A stretch of DNA of 34,414 bases from an uncultured Bacilli bacterium (GCA_944368875.1 CALVXF010000009.1:1-34414); one strand, 5' to 3'; counted from the first letter of the stretch, positions 8,704-18,279 are shown. A program made the numbers and translations. Notes: generated from the letters alone by a model not told the origin.

Positions 8704-8979
8704 TTATTTTTCTTTATAATGATGATAAAAAAAATCTATTGTTAAAAAGGAAAAAAAAGTCATAAAGATGCCATATATATGAATATAGCCATAATTAAAT
8801 AACATTAAAATTAAAAAATACATTAAAGAATGGACTAGACTAAATAACAAGGTAATAGGATATCGATATCTCTTGCGTAAATTATAAATCAATTTAGCAT
8901 TAATTTCTAAAGTAATAAAAACAAATATCCCATATAAAAAAGAAATCAGTAGTAATTCTAATTGGTTAGCTAAGCTCAT
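8704..8979 (-). CDS. yabQ: Spore cortex biosynthesis protein YabQ-like (short, membrane)
   Basis: MSL.NQL start, three hydrophobic segments, NYGYIHIY (cf. NxGxxRxY); 4-nt overlap with yabP. Confidence 0.7.
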   Translation of the reverse strand: MSLANQLELLLISFLYGIFVFITLEINAKLIYNLRKRYRYPITLLFSLVHSLMYFLILMLFNYGYIHIYGIFMTFFSFLTIDFFYHHYKEK

Positions 8980-9248
8980 TTAAACAGTTTGTTAAAAAGA
9001 CTATTTTCGTGATTTTTACTATTATCCTTATAATCTAAACTATCTATCATTCCTTTTATAGAAATTTGTCCTTCTAAAGTATCTAATTTAATAATTTCTA
9101 AATTATTGCCCTTGATGGTCATATATCCCATATTAGTATCTACTAAAAATTCATGCTCGTCAAAACTATCTATTTTCTTAACCCCAGTTATAATAATATT
9201 TTTTCGACTATTAATTGTCACATTATGATTTACTATATCTTTGTCCAT
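8976..9248 (-). CDS. yabP: Sporulation protein YabP
   Basis: HNVTINSRK..ITGVKKIDSFD..EF.VDT.MG.MTIKG..L...LD...G..IKG.IDSL.Y..LF.KLFK; ATG 9248 with AGGTGA RBS. Confidence 0.93.
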   Translation of the reverse strand: MDKDIVNHNVTINSRKNIIITGVKKIDSFDEHEFLVDTNMGYMTIKGNNLEIIKLDTLEGQISIKGMIDSLDYKDNSKNHENSLFNKLFK

Positions 9249-9263
9249 ATCATCACCTATTAA

Positions 9264-9291
9264 ATCATATGTAGTAGCATTCAAAATATGA
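9264..9291 (-). promoter_or_regulatory. Sigma-E-like promoter for yabPQ
   Basis: Minus strand TCATATT-N13-CATATGAT; spacing about 1 nt short of consensus; yabP is sigma-E-controlled in B. subtilis. Confidence 0.5.
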
Positions 9292-9313
9292 AAAAAGAGC
9301 CTAAGCTCTTTTT
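9291..9313 (-). terminator. Intrinsic terminator after spoVG
   Basis: AAAAAGAGC-ctaa-GCTCTTTTT inverted repeat. Confidence 0.75.
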
Positions 9314-9314
9314 A

Positions 9315-9590
9315 TTATTCAGCAGTATTTTCTACTTCTGCTTTTTCATATGCTTCTAAAATCGCATCTTCAAACATTTTTCTTACTTCTGAATTAATAG
9401 GATGTGCTACATCACGATGAGCTCCTGTTGCAGTTTTGCGGTTAGGCATCGCGATAAATAATCCATTATCTCCATCAATAATTCTAATATCATGAACGAT
9501 AAAACTGTCATCTAATAAAACAGATGCAATACCTTTCATTCTAGAATTTTCTTTTTCGAATTTTCGAACATTAACAGACGTAATTTTCAA
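9315..9590 (-). CDS. spoVG: Septation regulator SpoVG
   Basis: MKITSVNVR..MKGIASV.LDD.FIVHDIRIIDG.NGLFIAMP.RK...G..RDVAHPIN; TTG start with AAGGGAG RBS. Confidence 0.97.
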   Translation of the reverse strand: MKITSVNVRKFEKENSRMKGIASVLLDDSFIVHDIRIIDGDNGLFIAMPNRKTATGAHRDVAHPINSEVRKMFEDAILEAYEKAEVENTAE

Positions 9591-9625
9591 GTAAATCGCT
9601 CCCTTCAGAATTGTATTACACTTTA

Positions 9626-9654
9626 ATTATAATACATATATCAAAGAAAAGCAA
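9626..9654 (-). promoter_or_regulatory. Sigma-A-type promoter for spoVG
   Basis: TTGCTT (9654-9649)-N17-TATAAT (9631-9626). Confidence 0.6.
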
Positions 9655-9656
9655 GA

Positions 9657-9890
9657 TTATAAATCAATATGAATTAAACTTGTGATAATATCATTATAAG
9701 AAAAAGATTTAACAATATTACTATCAACTAACGAAACAGTAAAAACATTACTATATAATTCTTTGATTCGTACGCGATATCGTTCAAACTTATTGCGACC
9801 TAAATTATACTCAAGCGTAAAATCTCGATCTTTAATAGCGTCTAGTTTATCTTTAACATCGTCAATTCGCTTAGCGTGGATATCCAACAT
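9657..9890 (-). CDS. veg: Veg family protein
   Basis: NLGRNK, ELYSNVFTV, SFSYNDIIT motifs; directly after yabG as in B. subtilis, with a 20-nt overlap. Confidence 0.85.
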   Translation of the reverse strand: MLDIHAKRIDDVKDKLDAIKDRDFTLEYNLGRNKFERYRVRIKELYSNVFTVSLVDSNIVKSFSYNDIITSLIHIDL

Positions 9891-10641
9891 ACATAGTTCC
9901 TTTCGTTTTTATACCACCTATTCCTAAAGAACCATATTTTGTTTTATCTAATAATTCTTTTAAGTTGATATCTTCACTAACATCGAGTAAACTTATACTA
10001 GCCGCAATAATAGCTGGATCCAAAGCATGAATATTAATTCTTTTAGGACTTGATGCAAAATTCGCACCTGCTTTTATCAACTCCTCATAATCACTTTGAC
10101 AAGCTCCAGCAATAATAATTAATTTATCATGACTTTTTTCATATCTTCGTGCCTCTTTAACAGCATTAACAAAATTGATACTATTTTTATAAGCATCAAT
10201 ATTATCAACATTTCCTTTCTTTTTGTAATAGGCATCATGCCCTGTAATAACTACAATATTAGGATTGTGCTCTGCTAGCAAAAGATTGATATTATTTGCT
10301 ATATCATTTTCACTTTCTTTAATACCTATGGCCCAAATATTATTTTCTTTATAAAAATTCAAACACTTATTTAAATAATCTTCATCACCATCGATATGCA
10401 AAATTTTACCAGGCAAATAAAAATAATCATCGCGATTTAAACAATTAAAATTGCGTACTTTTTCATAAAACTCATCTTCATTTTTTTCCACAACTAAAAC
10501 TAAATCTTCAATTGGGCTATCAGCATATAATCTAACATCCGTTCCTTTTAAATAACAAACATTATCTTCAATTTTAACAACTTTAAAAACAATATCATTA
10601 CCATAAGAATTACGAGTAACTAAATCGCCTACTTTAATCAT
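9871..10641 (-). CDS. yabG: Sporulation peptidase YabG
   Basis: VTRNSYGNDIVF, RLYADSP..DL, PGKILHIDGD, ITGHD, AGACQS, GANFASSPKRINIHALDP; start MIKVGD at 10641. Confidence 0.96.
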   Translation of the reverse strand: MIKVGDLVTRNSYGNDIVFKVVKIEDNVCYLKGTDVRLYADSPIEDLVLVVEKNEDEFYEKVRNFNCLNRDDYFYLPGKILHIDGDEDYLNKCLNFYKENNIWAIGIKESENDIANNINLLLAEHNPNIVVITGHDAYYKKKGNVDNIDAYKNSINFVNAVKEARRYEKSHDKLIIIAGACQSDYEELIKAGANFASSPKRINIHALDPAIIAASISLLDVSEDINLKELLDKTKYGSLGIGGIKTKGTMYVGYPR

Positions 10642-10685
10642 ATAATCACCAGTTAAGTATATGATTTTAAAAAATATATATAACA

Positions 10686-10711
10686 AAAACAGTCAAATAA
10701 TTGACTGTTTT
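10686..10711 (-). terminator. Intrinsic terminator after ftsX
   Basis: AAAACAGTCAA-ataa-TTGACTGTTTT; on the minus strand it is followed by a CATATACT sporulation-type -10 (10663-10656) ahead of yabG. Confidence 0.78.
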
Positions 10712-10716
10712 GATAT

Positions 10717-11616
10717 TTAAATTTTCAAATGTTTTCTAACAGCAAGTAAACTTCCAAACATTCCCACAATCATTCCAATAACTAATAAAATGATTGAGAC
10801 CCATACAACAAATGGCATTGGTTCTACTAATTGAATTATTTGCGAAAATAAAATTCCTCCTGATTGCTCATACAAAGCTGTATAACCATAGATAGTTGCT
10901 AGCATAGGTATAATGGAACCTAAGATTCCTAAAAATAAGCCTTCAAAAACAAAAGGTATTTTAATATTTAAATTGCTAGCACCAACTAAGCGCATAATTT
11001 CGATTTCTTTACGACGTGAATAAATCGTAATTTTAATTGTATTAGAAATCAAGAATGCTGTTACAACAATCAATGTCACAACAATAAAAATACAAACATT
11101 GCGGACAACTTTAAAAACATTAACTAATTGTTCAACCATTCCTTCGCCATATTTAACAACATCAACACCACTTAATTCTTTTATCTCATTAGCTGTATTG
11201 CCAATTCTTTCTATATCAACAACTTTAATTTTAAATGAATCTTGTAGTGGGTTTTCATCTTCTGTATAATTTTCCATAACATTTTTAAAATCTTCGCTTG
11301 CTTCCATCATCTCGTTTTTAGTATCTTCTTTTGATTGAAAAACAACACTTTCGACATTGTCAAGACGTTCTATTTGTGATTGAAGTAATTTAATATCAAC
11401 TTCTTCTATTCCTTTATCGAGAAAGGCTACAATCGTCACATCTTTTTCAATTAACGTTGCGATATTATTGACATTTAATGAAAGAATAACAGATATTGAT
11501 ACAACTAATAAGGTAATCGTAATACACGTTATTGACGCTAATGATAGTGAAAAATTACGAAAAACACTTTTAAAAGAATCTCTTATATCTCTACTTAATA
11601 TTCTAAATACCTTCAT
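10717..11616 (-). CDS. ftsX: Cell division permease FtsX
   Basis: Four TM segments with a large extracellular loop; ENPL, ISNTIKITIYSRRKEIEIMRLVGA motifs; overlaps ftsE. Confidence 0.96.
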   Translation of the reverse strand: MKVFRILSRDIRDSFKSVFRNFSLSLASITCITITLLVVSISVILSLNVNNIATLIEKDVTIVAFLDKGIEEVDIKLLQSQIERLDNVESVVFQSKEDTKNEMMEASEDFKNVMENYTEDENPLQDSFKIKVVDIERIGNTANEIKELSGVDVVKYGEGMVEQLVNVFKVVRNVCIFIVVTLIVVTAFLISNTIKITIYSRRKEIEIMRLVGASNLNIKIPFVFEGLFLGILGSIIPMLATIYGYTALYEQSGGILFSQIIQLVEPMPFVVWVSIILLVIGMIVGMFGSLLAVRKHLKI

Positions 11617-12298
11617 TTACATAAGTCCCTTCTGCATAATCTTTAACTATTCTTCCAGCGTCTAGAAGAATAACGCGTTTCTTCATTTTTTCAACAATTT
11701 TTGTATCATGAGTAACCATAATAATAGTTGTCCCCATTTTGTTGATTTCGTCTAAAACTTTCATTATTTCCATACTAGTATTTTCATCCAAATTTCCAGT
11801 CGGTTCATCACAAATTAATAACTTAGGTTCATTGACAATCGCACGCGCTATCGCAACACGTTGTTGTTCACCACCACTTAAATTAGTAGGATAGTGTTTT
11901 GCTTTATTTTTAAGTCCAACTAAATCTAGGACTTTTAAAACTTTTTCATAGATTTCACTTTTTGGTAACCCGAAGATTTCTAATGCAAAGGCCACATTTT
12001 CATATACTGTAGATTTTGGTAGTAGTTTAAAATCTTGGTAAACAACACCTAATTTACGACGTAGTTTATAAACTTTACGATTACGAAGTTTAGCAACATT
12101 CAATCCACCAACAATTATCTCTCCAGCGTTGGGTTTTTCTTCACGATACAACATCTTGATTAAAGTACTTTTTCCACATCCGGTTGAACCAATGATAAAT
12201 ACAAACTCACCTTTTTCAATTTTTAAATCCAAATCATAAATAGCTGTAACACCATTTTTGTATGTCTTCTTAACACCTTTCATTCTAATTAAATTCAT
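11603..12298 (-). CDS. ftsE: Cell division ATP-binding protein FtsE
   Basis: [37 protein letters not shown]. Confidence 0.96.
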   Translation of the reverse strand: MNLIRMKGVKKTYKNGVTAIYDLDLKIEKGEFVFIIGSTGCGKSTLIKMLYREEKPNAGEIIVGGLNVAKLRNRKVYKLRRKLGVVYQDFKLLPKSTVYENVAFALEIFGLPKSEIYEKVLKVLDLVGLKNKAKHYPTNLSGGEQQRVAIARAIVNEPKLLICDEPTGNLDENTSMEIMKVLDEINKMGTTIIMVTHDTKIVEKMKKRVILLDAGRIVKDYAEGTYVNEGI

Positions 12299-12315
12299 AC
12301 CTTACCTCCTTAAAA

Positions 12316-13218
12316 TTATTCTCCACCATAAACTTCATATGCATCTGTAACAAGGAAGAATGCTTCAGAATCAATACTATTAATACCTTCTTTAAGTAAA
12401 AAATACTCTTTTGTAGGTATTATACACATAATAACTTTACGATGATCACCAGTAAATCCCCCACGACCGTCTAATACCGTAACCCCATGGTTAAGTGAAT
12501 TCATAACAAATTTTTTGACTGCTGTTTCATGAGTAGTTACAATATAAAAACATTTTGATTGTGATATACCTAAAATAACTTGGTCAGCCATAAAGCTAAG
12601 TAAATATAAAACAATAATTGCATACATTACTTTTTCCCATGCGAATACAACTCCTGGACCTCCCAAGAAAAAGCCAGCACTTAAAACTATTAAGCCATCT
12701 GACATAAGCATTGCTTTTCCAATACTAACTTTAGCATATTTACTAATAATTTGATTAATGATGTCTGTACCACCAGTTGTAAATCCTGTTTTAAAAATAG
12801 CACCAGACCCAACACCCGCAATAATTCCACCAAAAATCGCACACATTAAAGTATTTTCAATATTTAACTGTAATAATTCAGGTAATCCAGAAGTTAGTTC
12901 AACCATCAAAGGAAATAAAATAGAACCGATAATTGAACCTTTTGTTTTTTCCCAACCTAAAGCAAAATAACTCACAATTAACAAAATTAAAGATAAACTT
13001 AAAATGACAACAGATGGTGTTAAGTCAAATAGATTATTAAGAATTATGGCAATTCCTGATACTCCGCCATTAACTATTTCTTCTGCTAAAAAGAAAGCAT
13101 TAAAAGCTAAAGCATATATAAAACATCCAATAACTAATAAAGAATAACGTCTAACTAATCCTTTTTTTTCAATTAATGTGATTATGTCTTCTTTTTTTTC
13201 TTTTTTTCTAAACAACAT
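12316..13218 (-). CDS. YitT family membrane protein (YvjA-like)
   Basis: GGVSGIA, TTGGTDII, C-terminal GVT..GRGGFTG..AF..V...EVYG domain; same position between prfB and ftsE as B. subtilis yvjA. Confidence 0.9.
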   Translation of the reverse strand: MLFRKKEKKEDIITLIEKKGLVRRYSLLVIGCFIYALAFNAFFLAEEIVNGGVSGIAIILNNLFDLTPSVVILSLSLILLIVSYFALGWEKTKGSIIGSILFPLMVELTSGLPELLQLNIENTLMCAIFGGIIAGVGSGAIFKTGFTTGGTDIINQIISKYAKVSIGKAMLMSDGLIVLSAGFFLGGPGVVFAWEKVMYAIIVLYLLSFMADQVILGISQSKCFYIVTTHETAVKKFVMNSLNHGVTVLDGRGGFTGDHRKVIMCIIPTKEYFLLKEGINSIDSEAFFLVTDAYEVYGGE

Positions 13219-14320
13219 CTAATTACCTCTTTTCAAATTATCATTAATAAACATATCTATATCACCATCTAAAACTTTAGAAACATTAACGTTTTCAGTA
13301 TTAGTTCGGTGATCTTTAACAAGTGTATAAGGACACATAACATAACTACGAATTTGGGAACCAAAATTGATTTCTTTTTGTTCACCTTTAATTGCTTGCA
13401 TTTCATCCTTTCTTTTTTCTAACTCAAGTTGATATAATTTATTTTTTAAAATTTCCAAAGCTTTTTCTCTATTTTGAATTTGACTGCGCTCATTTTGGCA
13501 AGTAACTACTATTTTAGTAGGTAGATGGGTAATACGCACTGCGCTATCGGTTGTATTAACATGTTGGCCACCTGCTCCACTAGAACGATATACATCTATT
13601 TTTAAATCACTTTCTTTAACTTCAATATTTATTTTACTATTATCAAAAAGTGGTGTAACTTCAACACTAGCAAAAGATGTGTGACGTCTAGCATTAGAAT
13701 CAAATGGTGAAATACGCACTAAACGATGAACGCCTACTTCATTTTTCAAATAACCATAGGCATTAATTCCTTTTACAATAAATGTAACACTTTTGATTCC
13801 AGCTTCCTCGCCTTCCTCTTTATCAATTATTTCTATTTTATAATCCTTATCATTTGCCCAGCGTGTATACATACGAAACAACATGCTAGCCCAATCCATA
13901 GATTCTGTTCCACCCGCACCAGGATGAATTTCTAATATCGCACTTAATTTATCATATGGATCATTTAATAATTCAGAAATTTCTACTTTATTCATCTCTA
14001 ACTCTAGTTCTAACAATTCTTCTTCCAATAAACTATTTAGTTCACTATCAAAGTTGTTTTTCAATTCTGATAATAGATCTAAATTATTTTTAATTCTATC
14101 ACCTAAATTTGATACATTATTTAAACTGTTTTTTAAATCATTTAATTCGTTGATTATTTCTGTACTTTTATTTTTATCATTCCAAAAATTAACATCTTTA
14201 GTTATTTCTTCTAAAGAAGCAATTTTTTTCTCTTTATTTAAAGGGTCAAAGCGACCTCCATAGTGAAGAACACCTTGCTTCTAAATTATTATATCTATTA
14301 GCTAATTCATATAATTCCAT
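13219..14320 (-). CDS. prfB: Peptide chain release factor 2, translated via programmed +1 frameshift (about 366 aa)
   Basis: ATG 14320 (MELYEL...), 24 codons to CTT TGA C; +1 frame continues GAC CCT TTA... into the 13219..14064 ORF with SPF and GGQ motifs. Confidence 0.97.
14245..14260 (-). other. prfB autoregulatory +1 frameshift cassette
   Basis: TGGAGG-TCG-CTT-TGA-C: internal SD, 3-nt spacer, slippery CTT T and UGA stop. Confidence 0.95.
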
Positions 14321-14390
14321 TTCTATTCTCCTAACTAACAAAATTATTATAACATTTTTAGACGAAAATTCAAATAATTTAACGCATATT

Positions 14391-14413
14391 AAAAGAAGTT
14401 ATGACAACTTCTT
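14391..14413 (-). terminator. Intrinsic terminator overlapping the yutD stop
   Basis: AAGAAGTT-atgac-AACTTCTT; weak stem. Confidence 0.45.
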
Positions 14414-14674
14414 CAAAACAAAATAACGACAACCATAAGCGCAGTTATCTTTTAAATATACTTCTTTTTTATTAAAATCATTAATTGGATTATAAATCTT
14501 ATTGTTTTTATTGCAAAAACCTTTTAAGCGCAATTTTCCATAAGCCCAATCACCCATAATATAATCATATGGAATAAAATAATCAGTTGCTTTTTTTACA
14601 ACTTCTTCTTCATCAAAACCATTGAAATCTTCAATTAATTCATATTCTAAATTATTCAACTCTATTTTCTTCAT
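14399..14674 (-). CDS. yutD: YutD family (DUF1027) protein
   Basis: YDYIMGDWAYGKLRLKGF...YL...CAYGCRYFVLKK signature. Confidence 0.9.
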   Translation of the reverse strand: MKKIELNNLEYELIEDFNGFDEEEVVKKATDYFIPYDYIMGDWAYGKLRLKGFCNKNNKIYNPINDFNKKEVYLKDNCAYGCRYFVLKKLS

Positions 14675-16311
14675 TAATACACCTTCTTAAACGCACTACT
14701 AATTTCTCTATATTTACTTAAACTAGAAGCTGAATTCCATGTCATATAACCTCCAGTCAAGCCATTTTCATATAATCCTTCAATTTGTTCACTGATTTTA
14801 TCAGCATCATAAACAACATATGGACTTCTAATTGTATTATACGCTTGAATCCAAGTTCTAACAATAGCTGGTGTTGTTGTTTCTTGTTGTCTTACAACAA
14901 CACTAGCTCCCCAATATTTTAATAATTTATAAGGTACTTCCCAGACATATTCTTCAATTCCATAGTCATGAGAATTAAAATGATCGGGATAAGGCATCGC
15001 ACTTATTACATCAACAATATTAGAAATTGCGGCCCAATACTGACCATAACCCGTAACATAGCTATTCGCACTTTCACCAAAAACATCAGCTGAAACATAG
15101 GCATTTACTTTATGTATTTCATCACATGCATACATTAAAAATGATTGAATAGCTTGAGCTTTAGTTTCATTATAGGTATTGTTTAAGTTAATCGCACCAC
15201 TTTTTTCTAAACTATAAGTTCGATCTGGAAAACGCACATAGTCAAATTGTATTTCATTAAACCCAAATTCTTCTACTGCTTCTATCGCTAAAGCAACATT
15301 ATATTCCCAAACTTTACGATTGTACGCTGTTGGCCAATAACTATTATTATATTTATACGGGTTATTCTCTTTATCAACAATCGCATGTTCAGGGTGATCA
15401 GTAACATAATAACCATCTTTAAATGTCGAAATACGGCCAATTAAATATATTCCAGCATCTTTAATCTTATCAATATAAGTTTTATATTCTGAAGCACTAT
15501 AAACAGCATGCTCATAATTAGTAGGTGAATACTCTTTTAATACTTCGCTTTCATATCCTGGCACTGTATTTTCTTTAATATCTACCACAAAAGCATTAAT
15601 ATTACTTTCTTTAGCTAGCGTAATATAAGCATCAATATTACTAAGAGCTCCTACATTAATGTAAAAGCTTCGAACTTCATCTGGCATAACATTATCTTCA
15701 AATGACGCTTTGGGATATGGATAATAGTCTAAATTATCGCCACTTCCACCACCAAAACGATCTGTTCGTTTAAGATGTGTTTGTAAATAACCATTGTCAT
15801 ACATCTCATTAGCTTCTTCTTCACTATTTACAGTGTATTTGCCATAAATATAACCAGTTAAATCATTATAACGAATTTGGTACTTTTCAACACTGCCATC
15901 TGAATTGAGTTTATTATATCCCATAATCTCAACTAGGCTCCCTTTAGGAATCATTCCACTTATTTTAATCGAACTAGCATCTTCATAAACTGTAACTGAA
16001 CTTCGAACATATTTTTCTTTTTCCAAAACAACATTATTATCAATAACTAAATTATCACTTTTAACTAAAAATAATTGTTCATCGATATAGATTTTCGTAT
16101 AATCATCAACAGTTTCTAAACTAGTTTGAACTTCTTTACCACGAATAATATCATCAACATGATTAAAATCTTCATCATAAACTGCTACTGTGTAATCATC
16201 ACTTGCTAGAAAACAGCTTTCTAAATCTTCTTTTTCTGTTAAATACAAATAGCCAAAATAACCACCAACAGAAAGAATGCAAATAATTAAAATAAATTTA
16301 AATACTCTCAC
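14674..16311 (-). CDS. Membrane-anchored putative glycoside hydrolase (DUF4015-type) with N-terminal SH3-like region
   Basis: N-terminal TM; INAFVVDIK, IGRISTFKD, GFNEIQFDYVRFPD, SADVFG, MPYPDH, RTWIQAY motifs; GTG start. Confidence 0.78.
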   Translation of the reverse strand: MRVFKFILIICILSVGGYFGYLYLTEKEDLESCFLASDDYTVAVYDEDFNHVDDIIRGKEVQTSLETVDDYTKIYIDEQLFLVKSDNLVIDNNVVLEKEKYVRSSVTVYEDASSIKISGMIPKGSLVEIMGYNKLNSDGSVEKYQIRYNDLTGYIYGKYTVNSEEEANEMYDNGYLQTHLKRTDRFGGGSGDNLDYYPYPKASFEDNVMPDEVRSFYINVGALSNIDAYITLAKESNINAFVVDIKENTVPGYESEVLKEYSPTNYEHAVYSASEYKTYIDKIKDAGIYLIGRISTFKDGYYVTDHPEHAIVDKENNPYKYNNSYWPTAYNRKVWEYNVALAIEAVEEFGFNEIQFDYVRFPDRTYSLEKSGAINLNNTYNETKAQAIQSFLMYACDEIHKVNAYVSADVFGESANSYVTGYGQYWAAISNIVDVISAMPYPDHFNSHDYGIEEYVWEVPYKLLKYWGASVVVRQQETTTPAIVRTWIQAYNTIRSPYVVYDADKISEQIEGLYENGLTGGYMTWNSASSLSKYREISSAFKKVY

Positions 16312-16335
16312 AATACCACCAATATAATTATAACA

Positions 16336-17079
16336 TCAATTAATTGGAAGTGCAAAAATATTACTAGATTCACTTAAACCATTGAAATAATAACTAGGAA
16401 CTGTGCCATTTATTAATTTTATAATAATTGGAATCGATATAGGAATAGTTATATATTTTGTAGTAAATGGTAACAACATGCGCATATTAATTGTTATCTC
16501 TGCACTAGTTTCAACTAAGGCATTGTTAATACCATAATTGGTAATTTTAGTTTCAATTCTACTACCTATATCACCAGTTAAAGTAAATTTAACAGGTATT
16601 TTAGGTCCCAGATTATTTAAAAAAACATTATCAAAAAGAAGACCACTAGGAATTTTAAAAACAATTCCTTCCGTAGAATCATAATCAATTAGATTATTAC
16701 TTTCTAAATCAAGTAGTTCGTAATTCCCACTTTCAAGTGCCCGAAAATATGTCTCGATATTACTTGTCATCACGCCTAAAAAGCGATTAACTATAGTTGT
16801 ATTAAAATCAATTGTTTGAATAAGATCATTGTTTTTATTGATAATAAAGAGATCTTCTTCACTAATATCTTCATCTATTTGTTCTACAACTACTTTATTT
16901 GCTAATAAACGTCCAAGTCTTTGCATCTCTGTTTCAGCATATATAGCTAGTTTAGAGACTAATCTATCATTAATATAATAAAAAAGAAAACAGCAAAAAA
17001 ACATAGTTATAACTGTAACAAATAACAAAAACTTTTTTTTATTAATCCACCAACTGCGACGTTTTTTAAATCTTTTCAT
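16336..17079 (-). CDS. yunB: Sporulation protein YunB
   Basis: N-terminal TM; IDFNT, IPSG..F.N.FLNNLGPKIPVKF, YGINNAL, I.GTVP.YY. Confidence 0.94.
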   Translation of the reverse strand: MKRFKKRRSWWINKKKFLLFVTVITMFFCCFLFYYINDRLVSKLAIYAETEMQRLGRLLANKVVVEQIDEDISEEDLFIINKNNDLIQTIDFNTTIVNRFLGVMTSNIETYFRALESGNYELLDLESNNLIDYDSTEGIVFKIPSGLLFDNVFLNNLGPKIPVKFTLTGDIGSRIETKITNYGINNALVETSAEITINMRMLLPFTTKYITIPISIPIIIKLINGTVPSYYFNGLSESSNIFALPIN

Positions 17080-17084
17080 AATTA

Positions 17085-17111
17085 AATATATGTTTTATAA
17101 TTTGCATTTAT
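17085..17111 (-). promoter_or_regulatory. Sigma-E-type promoter for yunB
   Basis: ATA (17111-17109)-N16-CATATATT (17092-17085). Confidence 0.6.
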
Positions 17112-17152
17112 CAAAAATTGTGATAATATATATGGTGAAGAGGAGGTATAAT

Positions 17153-17506
17153 ATGAATAAAGCCTATCAACTAAATAATCAATTCTTAAAGGAAAAAAAT
17201 AAAATTAAAAAAGAAATGAGCAAAAAAACATTAAAGAAGATTGATCATTTAACTATTTTTAACGATAGTATATATGTGAATTGTAAAGACACTGTCATTG
17301 TTCATAAAAAGATTAACGATACCATGTATGCTTGCTCATATGTAACAAAAAATGGTAAAGTCAAATTAGTTCCTAACACAGATAAATATTATAAAATTAC
17401 TATTTTCCAAGATTCATGTCAAGAAGAATTTGAAAAATTAGATCGCTTATATAAAACCTTCAGAAGAAACATATCAAAAGTTAAAAAAAGTATTACTTCA
17501 AAGTAA
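17153..17506 (+). CDS. Hypothetical basic protein (117 aa)
   Basis: ATG 17153 after GAGGAGG; fills the gap between yunB and nrdG; ends in a terminator; no family recognised. Confidence 0.75.
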   Translation: MNKAYQLNNQFLKEKNKIKKEMSKKTLKKIDHLTIFNDSIYVNCKDTVIVHKKINDTMYACSYVTKNGKVKLVPNTDKYYKITIFQDSCQEEFEKLDRLYKTFRRNISKVKKSITSK

Positions 17507-17517
17507 TACTTTTTTTA
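17482..17517 (+). terminator. Terminator overlapping the stop of the 17153 gene
   Basis: TAAAAAAAGTATTACTT-ca-AAGTAATACTTTTTTTA, 17-bp arms. Confidence 0.75.
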
Positions 17518-17519
17518 TT

Positions 17520-17545
17520 AAAAAAGACTATTGCATGCAATAGTC
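17520..17545 (-). terminator. Terminator of the nrd operon
   Basis: Perfect 20-bp palindrome GACTATTGCATGCAATAGTC (17526-17545) followed by TTTTTT on the minus strand. Confidence 0.75.
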
Positions 17546-18107
17546 AAATATACATATACTTATCTTTACTATAGAGTTGATGATGATCTATCTCATCAGC
17601 ATATTTAGTAATTATAATCGCCTCTTTTTTTAATAAACTCTCTTTAACATCAATAATACGTTGATTTCTTGAACCTTTAAACTTCAGATTTAAACTCTTC
17701 TCTGCCAATACAAAACGACCATCAACTAAAACATCTATTTGTTTTAAGAAATCTAAAATAGCAGGTTCTATTTTCATTTTTAAAAGTAACTCTTCAAATG
17801 TAAATCCTGTATAACACCAGACATTTAAACCTTTTTGGTGAGCATATTTGGCAATAATACTACAAGCTTTTGGTTGCATCATTGGATCCCCACCAGAAAA
17901 AGTAATCCCATCTTGATTAGGAATCGTATCCAATAGTTCACACACCTCAGATACATCAACCAAAGTCCCTCCCTGAAACGAAAAAGTTTCTGGATTATGA
18001 CAACCTAAACAATGATGTGGACATCCCTGTGTCCAAATGACAGTTCTAAGTCCTTCGCCATCAACAATACTATCGCCTTGTAAATCAGCAGCTAATCTAA
18101 TTTGCAT
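17544..18107 (-). CDS. nrdG: Anaerobic ribonucleotide reductase activating enzyme (radical SAM)
   Basis: DSIVDGEGLR, GCPHHCLGCHNP (CxxxCxxC), GITFSGGDP, YTG, DVLVDGRF, GSRNQRIID. Confidence 0.97.
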   Translation of the reverse strand: MQIRLAADLQGDSIVDGEGLRTVIWTQGCPHHCLGCHNPETFSFQGGTLVDVSEVCELLDTIPNQDGITFSGGDPMMQPKACSIIAKYAHQKGLNVWCYTGFTFEELLLKMKIEPAILDFLKQIDVLVDGRFVLAEKSLNLKFKGSRNQRIIDVKESLLKKEAIIITKYADEIDHHQLYSKDKYMYI

Positions 18108-18279
18108 TTTTACTAAAAGTATGTTTTACACGATCGCGTTCTTCAGAACGTTTAGCATTATTAAAGCGATCAATAGTTCCAACTAAATAACCTGTTATAC
18201 GGCGAATACGTTCAAACTCAACTCCTTCGCCTACAACTCTTTTAGATTCTTTAACTTCTTCTTTAATTTCTTTTTTCAT
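18097..18279 (-). CDS. Stand-alone NrdD C-terminal glycyl-radical peptide (60 aa)
   Basis: FERIRRITGYLVGTIDRFNNAKRSEERDRVKH is the NrdD glycyl-radical loop and C-terminal helix; own AGGAGG RBS and ATG; overlaps the nrdG start by 11 nt. Confidence 0.9.
   Translation of the reverse strand: MKKEIKEEVKESKRVVGEGVEFERIRRITGYLVGTIDRFNNAKRSEERDRVKHTFSKNAN

Noticed and set aside
14065-14320. prfB as a pseudogene
   Set aside because: Canonical programmed frameshift signal is present.
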